Source of the DNA: Podarcis liolepis
Taxonomy: Eukaryota
Assembly: GCA_965112155.1 (NCBI GenBank)
Contig: OZ218103.1
DNA length: 64,000 bases
Direction: 5' to 3' (one strand)
Of this stretch, positions 13,287 through 26,622 are shown one piece after another. A program made the position numbers and the translations under genes. The notes under the pieces are model-generated. The model saw nothing but the letters and a program-made list of their open reading frames with translations. It was not told the DNA's origin and did not search any database. The first letter of the stretch is position 1. Each line of letters starts with the position of its first letter.

Positions 13287-13890
13287 GTTAGTTTTCTCTC
13301 CTCCTCCTTTTTCTTCTTCCTCACTATCTTTTCCCCGCCTCTTTCTTTCTCATCTTTTTTGTTCAGTGTCATGAAGGTCAACCTCACTCACCACAGACTT
13401 AGTGCTAACTCTTCTCTTGCTAGTGAGCCAGGCTGTCCCCCACAAACTAGTCTCTGGTGCTACTCACATACAATGCTCCAGCCTGCATGTGAAGGAAGAA
13501 AGAGAAATTAACACGTCACAGTTTTCCAAACAATGAAATTCATAAATCAGCCAGCAAAATTGCAATCTTGACTGAGCACATGAAGCTGCAGCAGCTCTTT
13601 CTTTGGTATGTTATAGGACCCCAACTTAGGGAAGCAAGGCCTGGCTGCATATGCAAAGGATGCACTTATATCATGTGGAGGCCATACAGCATCTCCTCCA
13701 AAATGAAAAGGAAGTGTTCTCTATCCAAATGTAGTCTAGCAAGCTAGGACTTGCTCATCTCCTCCATATGCTCCTCAGCCATTGTTTCGCAGGCAGCACC
13801 TTATTGGAATGCCTTAAACCCAAATGTGTTTATTTAGGCATTCAGTCATTCTTAAACCCAGTTCAGGTTATACAGGTATAAAAACAATGA

Positions 13891-13891
<1 letters not shown>

Positions 13892-13939
<48 letters not shown>
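13892..13939. repeat. (ATT)n microsatellite
   Basis: About 16 ATT units; probably the tail of the adjacent antisense LINE. Confidence 0.9.
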
Positions 13940-14635
13940 TAAAAGGTCATAGATTGTCTAATTAGCCAAATGCCTGGGAGAAAAGGAATGAAGAAGGGCC
14001 TCAGATAATGATTACAGGGTTCAGGTTGGTTGATATGAGGAGAGGTGGTCCTCGAGGTACAATACAAAATAATACATGAGAGTAGCAGAAATTAAAATTT
14101 ACAAAACCAAGTCCTGGGGATAATTCCATAAAATCCCAACACTTAAAAATGTTTGTGAAAACAAAAAGGTTTTGAGCTGATGCAAAAATGATAACTCCAT
14201 GGGCACTGACCCTTGATGTGGGACATCAAAAGGGGACTTTTGTTCACATCTTAACAACTACCGTATTTTTTGCACCATAACACTCACTTTTTTCCTCCTA
14301 AAAAGTAAGGGGAAATGTCTGTGCGTGTTATGGAGGGAATGCCTACGGGTGGCATGCCTACGGATTTTCCTCCTCTAAAAACTACGTGCGTGTTATGGTC
14401 GGGAGCGTGTTATAGAGCGAAAAATACGGTAGGCGGGACAGTACTGGGAGTGGTGCTCCTTCAGGAGTCCTGAGTCATGCAGGACTTAATAGGTCAGTGA
14501 GAGTACATTGGATTGATCTCAGAAATGTATTGGAAGCCTGTGTAAATCCCGTAGAATTAGAATGATTCCAGGTGGTTGACCCACTAACCAAATGGGCTGC
14601 TGCATTTTCCTCTAACTGCAGCTTCTGAACCCTCA
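13940..14635 (-). mobile_element. Degraded L2-type LINE 3' fragment
   Basis: The minus strand near 14590-14630 reads VQKLQLEENAAAHL, resembling the L2 ORF2 KLQLVQNAAARL motif. Boundaries approximate. Confidence 0.55.
14261..14429. mobile_element. Tc1/mariner (pogo/Tigger-type) MITE nested in the L2 remnant
   Basis: 23-bp TIRs ccgtattttttgcaccataacac / gtgttatagagcgaaaaatacgg (3 mismatches), TA on both sides. Confidence 0.85.
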
Positions 14636-15787
14636 TGCAGCTGCTCTTTTATTCTTTTGCTCTCTCTGCCTATGTCTTAATGAATGTGAAGTGCAGTGTG
14701 TCACCTACAAATACTGTCTTAATTTTCTGAGCTTCTGGTGGACAAAGGAGAAGGATGGGATTTTGCTCTATATTGTGCCTGTAAAGTTTACTTTGGCTCT
14801 GGCCTCCACAGCAAGAGGAAAATGCGGGGGGGGGGGCAGGAATTGCTGCAGATTTTACTTCCTATTGATACTTTGAGAATTGCAGAGGAACAGAGATGAG
14901 GTTTAACTTGTAAGAAGAACAGATCCTGTCTCTTGATTAGGGGCTGGTGTAAGTCTACTTTGTGAGATTGTGCATCATTGCACAGTCATCAAACTCAAGA
15001 AGGCTAGGTGCACAAAAGCTTACTTTCCAGACCCTCTTTGCTCCCTACCTATCACTAGGCAAAATATTCTTTGATAAGGAATGGTTTTTAATTGCCCAGC
15101 TATTAGATACAGGATTTCTTGGTGCCTTTCTTATAGATGCATGGCTGTGAGTGCTTAAGACTTGTCCGCTGCCTCAGTCACTGAGAACATGAGAGTGGGC
15201 TGTTGAGAGATACAGAAAGTGGTCCCAGGGCCCAGTGAACAATGCTGGCATCTGTTCAGGATCTCTGTATCTGTACTGTAGTGTGCACTGTCTGAATGGA
15301 ATGCAGGGCGCAGACTCCAAGGGCTTTGTACTTTATTGTGAGATAAGATGGCACCCGGCACTCTTCCTCTGTGCCTTTGCTCGCTCGTGCCGATAGAAAA
15401 CTTTACTCTTCACAGCTTTCAGCAGAGTTCTTTGCACAGCGGTAGAAAGTGTTGCCGTGTGTGTGGATAATAAATCAGGCTGGCGGCTTCGTGGTGGAGA
15501 ACATTTATTGCCTAGGCCCCTTCCAGCCTCAGTCCATACAGCAGTATCTTCACCCTTTTTGGCCTGGTATTATATGTAGAAGCCATCTGGCTGGTCGCTG
15601 TCTCATCAGAGCATGCACACATACATTGTGCCATTGCGTGGGCACTGCATGCCATGTTTCCTCACTCATGTTCCATCCATCGCGCCACATTGCCATTTGG
15701 TTTGCTGTGTGCATGTGCGGGAACATTCTTCAACTGTGCAATAACTTCTTACCCTGCTACCTCCCCTCCTTATGTTTGATCTGGTAG

Positions 15788-15885
15788 GCATGCGTGATCA
15801 TCCTCCCATTCCAGTGACGGACCTCGCAGACAACATCGACCGACTGAAGGCCAATGATGGGCTGAAGTTTTCCCAGGAATATGAG
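15788..15885 (+). CDS. PTPRF: PTPRF exon, D1 N-terminal wedge region
   Basis: tggtag| [33 protein letters not shown] |gtgagt; 98 nt. Confidence 0.95.
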
Positions 15886-18730
15886 GTGAGTCTGCTTGGG
15901 TGTTTATCTTGGATCTGTGTTCTTCCAGGCTCAGGGGTCAACAACCTGGTGCCCTCCGGATTTCTGGACTGCAACTCCAATGAGCCCCAGCCAGAGAGTT
16001 AATGAGAGTTGTGATTTAGAATGTCTCGATAGCACCGGAATGATTGCTTTTGACCTGGACAATAGTTTTGTCTGCCGCTCCTCAGCCCAACCTAACATTG
16101 CAGAACTTACAAAAGAATTCTGCCCATAGCTGCCCTATATGCTGGGGAAAAAGTGTAAAATGTAATGTGTGAACGGTCAAGTGCAGACCTGTTTTGCTTC
16201 CAGTATATAGAGAAATATAGATATAGATTCTCACATTATGTTTTGCACACTTTCTGTTAGTTATTAATTATATTGGAAAAGGTTACAGTTTCAGTAGCCT
16301 CGGAGTGCTGTTTACGCTGTGATGGAGGCCAAAATAGTGGTATTGAGAGGCCAGGAATTATGGTGGCTTTTGCAGGCAAACTCCTTCTCTCCACGATGAA
16401 CCATTTACTAGGCAGATGATTAATTTGAAAAATTGCTATGTTGGAAAAAGTTCCCTTGTAGCTATTAGAGTCACAGTAGCAGGATAAATGTTTTCCTGTG
16501 CTTGCAGCATGCCCTGTAGGGCCCACTTCAGCTGTGAGGGGCTTAAATCATAAATAAAACTCTTCTCATATGTGTAGAGGGGGAGGATAAATTGAGGAAG
16601 TGTCCTTTTCATGCATTATTGGTCCTGCTTGAATTGTTATCTTCTTTTGCCCCTGACCTCCCCTTGCAGCAGCATATCTCCCTTGATTCAGGGGATGTGA
16701 TACAAGCATTGCCCAGAAGGCAAGATTATAGAGGCCAGGGAGAAGCACTGGCTGGCTAAAGGCTAGCATGTGAAAGAGGCACTAAAGCCTAGCAAGGTTT
16801 GGAAAGACTGTTAACCACACACTGCTGATCCACAGCATTTAGCAGGGAAGGACACAAAAAAGGAGTATGTTTTCCAGGAACTCCCAGCTGGGTGAATGCT
16901 TATGAGCCTGTTAGCCTGCCAGGACCCAAAATCCCACATGCAAGCCCATTTCTAATTGGGCTCTTGTTTTCATAGATCATTGTGACAGGATCCATTTTTT
17001 TCTGGAGTGTGGTACAAAAGAGGACCATGGGCAACAGTAGCTACAATAGTATCAGGGCTGGTGGGGGCTGCTGAGTGTTCTCACTCTTATAGGGGGCTTC
17101 AATCACACTTTAAAGAACACACTATCTCTTAAAAGTGGTCATTAGATACAATTCTGACTTGCAACCTTCCAATCCCTCTCTCTCAAATTCCAGTTTCAAG
17201 TAAACATCAGCTGCATTTACCATGATTAAGTAGCTATTAAGGAAGGAACTAATTTTGGTATATGGATTTTTCTTGGGTATTCTGCTGCCTTGTACCCCTG
17301 TCTGAACCATTCATCTTTGTTAAGTCCAGGGCAGACTGAGTAACAGGAGAGGATTTTCCCACTAGCGCAGGGAGAAGGCATACTGAAGCAATACTCATTC
17401 AGAAAGTTGGAAAATAAAGAAATAACCCTTTATTGCTTTTTGTCCTTGTCACTACTAGAGAAAATTTGAACTTTCAGGCCTAGCAAGCACTTTGATACCA
17501 CAGGCACTCTGTTAGGGCCATGGCTGTGTGGTGTGGAAGAAGAAATCTAGAATAGTAGGTAGATGATTCAGGAGCAGTCTTGTGTATCTAAGCTGAGTAG
17601 TGGAAGAGCAATATAGTGCTGAGATGTGGGGATATACTGAGACATTGAGAAGGCATTCTGCATCACAACACAGATCACAGTTTTTCCTCTCAGCCTAATC
17701 CTGTGAGTTCAAGAACCCAGCTAATTGAACTGGGTTTGCAGCTGGCTGAAGCAGCAAGAAGGAAAGGGGAAGCAGTTTGGATCAGCCCTTGAGGCTATTT
17801 GTGTGCTCATTAATTTGGGTAGAATTGCAAGTTACGTTTCTCACACAAACCTAGCCGCAAAACCGCTGCATAAAGGACATGCTCAAAGCCATAGGTAATT
17901 CAGAGGTCTGCATACTTAATACTTCAGCCACAGGGATGGAACAGCATTAGGAGTACCTGCTCAGTGCAAAACCTAGCTCATAAGCAAGATAAGAAACACT
18001 ACAGTTCCTAGCCTCAACTTCAGGACCTCAGGGGTAGTAGTAGTAGAGAAAGTGTGGTCAAGCACTGTGCCAGCAGCCTGCAGAGGGTGTAGCTGCGCTA
18101 GAATTGGGAGCGGAAAAAGGATTTGCCCAGCAAAACAGCTGCCTGGTGCTGCCAGTGCTGGTTATGAGCCCTTGTGGATCTCAAGTCAGTGTGTCATTCT
18201 CCATGTGACTTCCACAGACCGTAAGGAGTGGAAGTGGCTTAGCTCATTGTTTCTCTTGATAGGTCTGGATGTCAAACCACAGAGAGAGCATCTTTAGCTC
18301 CTACAGCACACTGAACCTTGGAGAGAATTTACAGCCAGGGATTAATAGAATTAAATAAGCACAATCACGCCAGCATGTTAATTATTTATCTACACTCTTG
18401 CTGTGCTAGAGCAATGCTTGTATTTGAGCTCCTCCTGTTGGACTGTTGCCTGTACTGCAGACAGGCTGTGCCCACAAGATACTCAAAGCAGGTGGTCTGC
18501 CAGACTGTGGATAAATATTAGGCAATTTTGAGGTGGGGCCAGTCTTCCTCCTCGGCTCAGTGAGTGAGCAAGTGAGATTCCTTCTGTCACTGACTAGCAA
18601 GCTGGAGTGCTTCCTCCTCCCCCCCCCCGCACGGTCGCATGCAAATAGGAAGCAGATGCTGTGTGTTGTGCAGTAAGTGAATTAGCTAGAGCTCTTTTCC
18701 TTGTATCTGTCAATGAGGTGAGAAGACTAG

Positions 18731-18764
18731 TGCTGTTGCTGCTGCTGCTGCTGCTGTTGCTGCT
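18731..18764. repeat. Imperfect (CTG)n tract
   Basis: tgctgttgctgctgctgctgctgctgttgctgct. Confidence 0.8.
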
Positions 18765-18922
18765 CATGATCCTTTCTAGGCTTCCACGTTGCCCCTTCTC
18801 TTGGGTTCAAAATATATTCAGGGCTTTGAAACAATTGCAGCATCATGCTCTGACAGATACATTCACTGGAATGTTATACGGTGGTGAGGAACATGTTTTA
18901 GCTTTATTGACCTGCCATGTAA

Positions 18923-20160
18923 TGTGTTGGCATGCATCTGTCTTGGGAGACAATGGAGGAGTGCACTTTTGAGAGTGAAGTCAAACCATAGGACAGTTAT
19001 AGCACCTGCTGTGGCTGTAGAGACCGATACGGGAGAGAGATGTTGCAGCTGGGGCAGTTGAAGAAGTCCAGCAGTCATTCCTTCCTGGTCACTGCTGTGG
19101 ATAGACGACCTGACTACCTCCAAGCACTGCGGTCATCTGCAAGAGATTCCCACACGGTGGGGTTTATGTTGTCAGCCTCCATGTCTTGTTTGCAGACATC
19201 TTGGTCTGCTAACAGACCTGGTGCCTGAAGCCAGCTCCCCATAGAGGATGTCCTTGGGGACCCTGCTGTCTTCCATTCTGTGGACACGACCAAGTTAATA
19301 TAGACGTGTCTGAGACAGAAGTCTAGTTCCTTGTAGAACTGGTCCCTGGTCTGTATGTCAGGGCACATAGTGGGAGTGTAGATGCTCAAGACATTAACCA
19401 GACATGAAGTGGTTGAAAAGCAGAGGGAAAGCAAGCATTCTGAGCCCTCTGTCAGCTGTTCTATTGTAGGCAGATGGGAGTTCCTCATTGCAAAGCCTAT
19501 GCCACAAATACGTGGTTCTTCTGGGTTCCCTGCTTGCCAGAAGAAGGTGCAAGTTCTTGTCTCTGAGGCAGCCATTTGAAGCAAGTTTGGTCTCCTGTAG
19601 AGTGGCAACGGCAATGTTGAGCATTTTCAGCTCACAGTCAATGTTGGCTGTCTTTCGGGAGTTATTGACCTGCAGCAGGTCGGTGGACAAGCCAGGACAC
19701 ATAGTCCTTCCTGATGTTCCAGCTTGCTAGGTGCAAGAGGGTTTATTTCTTTTTTGCCTGGTACAGTTGTTTGGTCTGCTTGTTGAGTGACACCCAGCAA
19801 GACACAATGATCTCTCCCACCAACCAAGGCAACTCATAGAGCTTATAACTTACACTTGCGCCAATCAGGTTGAGCTTACAACTCATAACTGCTGTCTCCG
19901 TGTTGTTTTTGCTGCATTTGCACCATAAAAGTGATTTCACTGAAGTGCAAGCCTGGGCAATGTTTATAGGGGTCCTGGGCTGCCCAGATGCCAAGACCTC
20001 CCTCTTGGCCTCACTGTTGTGGTCCAAAGGAAAGCAGAGCAATACATTTGGCACCAGCTTGGCTGTGGGAGTTGTCGAAAAGAGGCCATTCAACTGGAAA
20101 GATGCCATCCAACCATCTTAGGGGCTCCACTCCAAAGTTGTGTAGGTTTTACTACCTAGG
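18923..20160 (-). mobile_element. Internally deleted RTE-clade LINE (5' UTR and APE endonuclease joined to the ORF C-terminus)
   Basis: Minus strand gives TMCPGL...LQETKL...GIGFAMRN...SIYTPT...DQFYKELD. It then jumps to LGRVHRMEDSRVPKDILYGELASG...WESLADDRSAWR...CPSCNISLSRIGLYSHSRC and an RTE-like 3' end. 5' boundary approximate. Confidence 0.8.
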
Positions 20161-22603
20161 CTGGTCATGCTAAGAGAATATCTCATGGAAGCAGGCAGAA
20201 AGAACCTCCAGTGAAGACCATGGATGGTTGGCCTCCTCCCAACATTTCCAGGCATTTCATTCTCTGATCAGTTAATGGAGACCAGGTATACTTTTGCCAT
20301 CTACAAAAGCAGTATCTAAACTGAATTATTGGACTGTTGTGAAGATCTGTTAACCTATCCCTGCCTCACTTTAATCATGTCAGCATAGTTAGTAGGTGGT
20401 GGCTGCAATGCTCCAAATAGATCAAAGAGGGCAAAACTACAGGCCATGGAGCAAGTCCCTCTGTATATGTGTTGTTGTAAAAAGAGGGTGTCCTGTTTCA
20501 CTCTGAATCATTTCCTTATACACCTTAGAGGCTCCTAATGGTTGTAGATTTTGTCTCTTGCTTCAACTAATAATTGTCCTAACATCTCCATTGCAGAACC
20601 AGAAATATCACCCAGCATTTTTGGCACTCAGCATTTCCTTCCCCTAATTCTATCCTGCTGGATAGATTTACGACTCCCAGACTGCCATGCACCCTTCCTT
20701 ATTTGGGAAGCCACAAATAAGTCAGTTACTGAAGAAGCCCTGCAGATTCTGCTTAGCAACCACCTGCTAAGGCAATATGTTCATTGTTGCCCCTTGAAAT
20801 GATAATGAAAGACTAGCAAATGCTTCCAAGCATCTGAGCTGCATCTTTTCCAGCTCTTCCTTTCCAACCATCTGCCATAGCATTAGAACCTATCAGACAC
20901 TCTAGCAAGGTGCAGATATTTAGTTGTATGATGATGGTTACAGCTAGAAAAGAGCAGTGTGGCTTGTTCCTCACTGTATCTCCTTTCCCCTCTCCAAGTA
21001 TCCTGCCATGCCTCCCACTTCCAAAATCCTCCTTGGCCCTCTGACCATAGAACAAAGACCCCACTGGGGTTTGCTAAGAGACTGCCTGTCACTTTAAGAG
21101 CTCAAGGCAAGTATGACAGCAAGTGTGCAGTAGCAACACCTCCTGCCCTGCTAATTAATTTGCTCACCCTTCTCTCTCGTCTCCTGTAGCAAGCAGGGTG
21201 CAAGTAAGGGAAGAGATCATTGGAGCAGGAGGTACTGCATACTCAGTCACTGCCATCAAGCTCCTGTGGCAGCAAGGGATTTCTGGAAGGTGAGCTCCTC
21301 AGTTATCCCCAGTTGCTTTCCTTCCAGACATTCATTGGGCCCATCAAAACTACATGCAAGTTCCCACAGCCATATCTGCTTACTGTGCTACAATATATCC
21401 TAGAAGTTGGAAGTTTTCAGTGACAGACGTGACTCTGCAATTTGACAAATTGCCAGTGATTGGTTCAGAAGCCATTCTTTTCCCATTTAAGAAGTTTTTT
21501 TGACTTTGTATTGGTCAATGGCTGTGTTAACATGGGTGCTGCCATCATTAATACACTGGTAGTACATTAATGCACTAGCTTGCTATGGTTATTTCTAGTG
21601 CACTGCCTGGAGTTCAGGGTTTAGGAATCATAACCTCTTGATGGGCACAGCAAACATGCTGGAACCAAACCATGTAGCTAGCAAGGTTTGCATCATCCCA
21701 GCCTGCTAAAAAAGTAGAGACATTGCCAACTTCTTCTCTAGTTGTGCTCCTGCACCTTTAACAAAAGGAATATTATCCTTTCAGTCATTGGACCTGCCAA
21801 GAAAAGCTTCACCTGCTGAATTTCTGCTGGCCATACAGGAAATCTTCCAGGGAAAAAGTTGACAACTCTTTATTCAAATTGGTGTCTGTCCCTCCCTTCC
21901 TGAAAAATCCCACCCCATACATACACGCTGCTGTTGCTGTCTTAGGTTGGGTAATGTGAGGTTCTTGTGGGGCCCAAATTGCAAGAGTGAATGTGCACAT
22001 CCCAGTACAGCAAAGCTGTTTTGCTCGTGGACAGAGGAGAGGAGTTAGCTAACAGTGGGATGAGCCTTTTACTTGGTGTGGCCCATCTGAAAAAAAACTG
22101 CTTGATGGGTTTCAGCTGCATTTGGGGCACCTCTCTTTCCCTGCCTTATTTACTCATTTGCCCGCCATTAAGGGGGAAACAGGTGCACATTAATTCATCA
22201 GCAGAGTTTAAATTAAATCATTTCACTTCTAAACAAGTCACTCATTTGCAGGCGTATTTAATTAGCACTTCTTCACTGCCAGGTGGATGCTGCTTTTCTC
22301 ACCTGTTTGCCCTCTTATGGGGTCGTTGGTGATAGAACATGGGAGATTTTTCACCTCCGCATTGCAGAGCAAGACAATTGCTGTAGTGGTACTGCTGATG
22401 CTACACTCTGGGGGATCGGGTGAAGCTATGCCATCCTCGCCTTTATCTTCCATGTCATTGCAGCCGTCTCAGTGTGACTCTGACTGAGCAGAGGTGTGTT
22501 TTGTGCTTCAGACTCTACCCTTAGGGCAAGGCCTCCAGGAGGGTTCTGAAGGAGGCTTTTCTGCACAGAGGTTCTACACAGTCTAAAGTGATGTGGCCCA
22601 CTT

Positions 22604-22662
22604 TATATCCCAGTATAGGACCACATATGAGCACATATATCCCAGTATAGGACCACATATGA
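22604..22662. repeat. Tandem duplication with 32-bp period
   Basis: tatatcccagtataggaccacatatga repeated at 22604 and 22636. Confidence 0.85.
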
Positions 22663-22669
22663 CACACAA

Positions 22670-22950
22670 GCAATATAAATAAGTAACTCTATTAAAAAGA
22701 GCACCAAAAACCACTCAAAACAATTTAAAAGCACACACAAAAAGAAAAATGTGTAGAACCCCCACCTTCAGAATATACTGCCACAGCAGCCAGTAAATGA
22801 CCAAAGGCCTGTCTAGACAAAAAAGTATTTCCCTACCAGCTAAAGGAAAGCTGGGTGGGGGGCAGCCTAACCTACTGTGGAAGAGATTTCCACAATCTTG
22901 GAACAACCACCGAGAAGGCCCTCTCTTGTGTCCTCACCAAATCCACCTGT
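22670..22950 (-). mobile_element. Degraded L2-type LINE 3' fragment
   Basis: ttccacaatcttggaacaaccaccgagaaggccctctc resembles the antisense of squamate L2 3' ends; A-rich flank. Confidence 0.45.
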
Positions 22951-22998
22951 GAAAGTGCACTGCTGCCCATTCATCACTTTGGATCTTACCAGTGCAAT

Positions 22999-23066
<68 letters not shown>
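22999..23066. repeat. Compound (TG)n(AG)n microsatellite
   Basis: Seen directly in the sequence. Confidence 0.95.
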
Positions 23067-23068
<2 letters not shown>

Positions 23069-24947
23069 AGTAGACATCTTCCTACTTGTTTGCTGAGGAT
23101 ATTACCATATTTATTGAAATGTAGCCTGAAATATAATATTAGGCTTGGGATGGGCTATATTTGCTATGCTTGTCGTGAGCTGTAAAAAAATCCTGCCAAG
23201 ACGCAAAATGCTTCCCTACCATTGATTTATTGCAGAGAGGATAGTTTACAAAAAACACAAATGGAATTCCTCTCTGCTAGGGGAAAACAAAAGACATCTG
23301 GGTGCCAAATGGACAGGTCCAGGTAGCTATGGACCAGAAACCTGGCTTGTTTCTGTTATGTGTGACATGTGCTTAGTGTGACTTGAGCCCTAGCCTTGAG
23401 CTGCAGAGAGCTGGGCTGTGTCTACTCCTGCCACTTTGCACTGCACTGCCTGCTTATTACTCTGATAATAGAAGATTATAGGGTTCCTGTTGGAAACGTC
23501 TATTTACATCCTGCATTTCCCAAACCACCTATTAGCAGTGCTGTGATGTCATATCCTCCCTGCTGAGACAGTGGAAATCTCTTTTGTGTGCTGCATTGCT
23601 CTTCTTTGAAAGGAATACCCATTGCCACTGAACCTAACATGGGATGCTGTTTTCCTGAAAGGCCTGTGCAGTTTCTTGGACTTATAACCTGTCATTCCTC
23701 CAAGTGAACCAGCCCGTGTGCGTTTTTGTTTATGACTGCCTCAGCCTGTTGCTCCTGTAAATGCAGTGGGAGAAAAGCCCTTAAACAAGGAAACTTCCCA
23801 GCAGTGGTTGGGAGGAGTCAGACTGGGGGAAGTGCCAACACTACCTATACTGAGCTGCTTTGACTTTGTTGCTCATGTGCCTTCTACTATTCTATAAAGT
23901 GCTTGCTCTGGTTTTGCTCAGACAGTTTTGTCTGCCATGCTGTGCCTGTGGGAAACTGAAAAAGCAGCTCTCTGTCCATTGCAGTCTGCATCATGTAGGA
24001 CTGTTACCTAAATTGCCATGTCAGGCATGAAACAGATCGCATGCCAAGTGTTAACTGGATATCACAATCGGGTGTTTTAAGTTTTGCAGGAGAGCAGGCA
24101 GTAGTTGCTGACCTAGTCCTGCCAACTACACTGAGAATTGTGGCAAAAACATTGATCAAAGCAGACCAGTGCATTGGATACATATGCTTGGATGGGCACA
24201 GATTCTCCAGCATTTGCTCCATGAACCCATGTTGAAGATGCAGGTGTGAGTTCTCAGCCACTCAAAAATGAAGGAACTTGTACATAGAATTATAGAGTAT
24301 GATCCAGCTGAGAGAGATTTCTCTGGCTGAGCCCACATAAGAGGAACCAACTGCTAAAGTTCCTATTTAAATTCCACCTGAGTGCTTCTCCACAACCTGT
24401 TTCCCGTAGAAGGCAGGAAAGGAACATTTACTCTGCAGTCCTGTACTTCTGTAGGACGATGTAGGGTTGAATGGTGTTTTTCCTTCCTTTCATTGCTCTT
24501 TAGTTTTCTGGCAGTTGCACCTTTGACTTACTGTAAAAAAAAAAACCTCCCTTTTTACTAGTAGCTCTGGTTAGCCTGACACAGTAGATATCACTGTGGC
24601 AGAAGGGGAGAGAGGACTTAAGCGTTCAGGGATTTGGGTCTGGTTTAAAGGCCAAATTTATATGGTGATCTGCAAAAGGGTCTAGGTACCAGGTGGTTGT
24701 ATCTTTGCTGCAGAGTACTGTTGGAAGGAATTTGCAGGATTGAAACAACAATTGGAATAAATTATTAACTCTTAATCCACCCACAGAGCACGTTCCAAGA
24801 TGCTTTATTCCCAGATGATTATTTGCCACATCAAGTGGTGGGAAAGCAGCTGGAGAGGTTACAAGGAAAAGGTTGATTATATACACACCATTTCCTCTCT
24901 ACATATCATGCCTCACTGGTGTGCAGAGGAGAAAGAGAGACTTGCAT

Positions 24948-25205
24948 TAGAATCATAGAGTTGGAAGAGATCTTTGAGATCATCTCATCTAGCCTGCTGA
25001 ATGCACAATTTATAATGCATGATTAAATTACAGAACTTCTGACAGACCTACTGAAATACCTCCAGCAAAGGAGAGCCCATCACCTTCCAAGGCTCTCTGT
25101 TCACTGTCAAAACAGTTCTTACCATTAGCAAGTTTCTCCTAATATTTGGTCAAAAAATGCTCCCTTGCAATTTTCATACAATGGTTCCAATCCTGCCATC
25201 TGGAG
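24948..25205 (-). mobile_element. CR1 LINE 3' fragment
   Basis: tagaatcatagagttggaagagatc is the antisense of the CR1 ATTCTATG-type terminus, followed by a CR1-like body. Confidence 0.55.
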
Positions 25206-25208
25206 CAA

Positions 25209-25246
25209 CACAGACTCATCCTAGATGCACAGACTCATCCTAGATG
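25209..25246. repeat. 19-bp perfect tandem duplication
   Basis: cacagactcatcctagatg x2. Confidence 0.9.
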
Positions 25247-25826
25247 CAAACAATACTGTTCATGCCTAAGAGAGAATATATCTACTATACATGTTGGCTT
25301 CTGTCCTCAAGCTTATTTTTAAAGATGTTTCAGTATTTTGCCCAATAATGCCTCTAAGACAGTTGGGAGTTTATTTTTTCACTGGGCACAGATTTGCAGA
25401 GATGCTGCACATCAGAGGATTTGCTCTTGAGACAACTTTCACCAACTCAAGATGAATCACTGTTTTTGACTTTTAGAGAATTCACACAGTGCAAAAAGTA
25501 TTTAATTGCTGCATTGATTGTAAAGGGCCAATTCAATTTTTGGGGTTGACTTTCAAGATAGGCAAGGCTCCCCCCCCCCTTTGGGGGGGGTCTGCCCAGA
25601 CTGAATGTGCCGATGGCAAATCAATCTGAAAGCTGATTCACAAGATCTCGCATACAGAACTTTCTTTCCATACTGTTTCACATTCTAGGGTGGCTGGTGT
25701 TTATTTCAGAGTTGAAAGGCATACATGCACACATAGAAGTGTGAAAGCTTGTAATCGTGCCATGAATTGAGAGAGACAGAAAGAACTTGTGTTTTAGCCC
25801 TCCTTTTCTCCTTTTCTTTGTTGCAG

Positions 25827-25950
25827 TCGATTGATCCCGGGCAGCAGTTCACCTGGGAGAACTCCAACCTGGAAGTGAACAAACCAAAGAACCGCTATGC
25901 AAACGTGATTGCCTATGACCATTCACGTGTCATTCTGACCTCCATTGATG
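25827..25950 (+). CDS. PTPRF: PTPRF exon, D1 KNRY motif
   Basis: ttgcag| [41 protein letters not shown] |gtaagt; 124 nt. Confidence 0.96.
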
Positions 25951-26382
25951 GTAAGTGTTGTTAGCAGCACCTCGTGCTAACAAAATTCTCAGTGCATCAG
26001 ACCTGATGTTAATGTTAATCTTTTACCTTTGTACAGCTGACTAGTTACATACACTCCTTTGTATCCTCCACCCAGGCATGTGTAAGGCGTTATCAGAGTT
26101 CAATGACACATTCCAGCCAGGCAAAAACACTCAAAGAGAGTGTGACGCAGGGTCAGTGAGGGGCATGCCTGGGGAGGGTGTATGGCAAGGAGCAGATGGA
26201 GAGGTTTGGAGGGCTGTGTTTGGCCCCCAGTCCAGAGGTCCCCCACCCCCAGAGTACATCATAGGAAGCCTCTCCCCAACCACTTTCACATCTCTTAACA
26301 ACTACTCCCTGTAGTACAGTCTGTTTCCACTACCAGCATGGTCCAGGATTCTGGCGACCCCCTTGTCTTCTCAACCCCCTGA

Positions 26383-26622
<240 letters not shown>

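Noticed and set aside
15449-15787. 112-aa intronic ORF upstream of the wedge exon
   Set aside because: Out of frame with PTPRF, non-ATG start and no recognisable similarity.
18661-18972. ORF with a poly-Leu signal-peptide-like stretch
   Set aside because: Produced by the (CTG)n microsatellite.
25570-25590. Poly-C / TTT / poly-G hairpin
   Set aside because: Adjacent homopolymer runs are common in this window and nothing indicates function.
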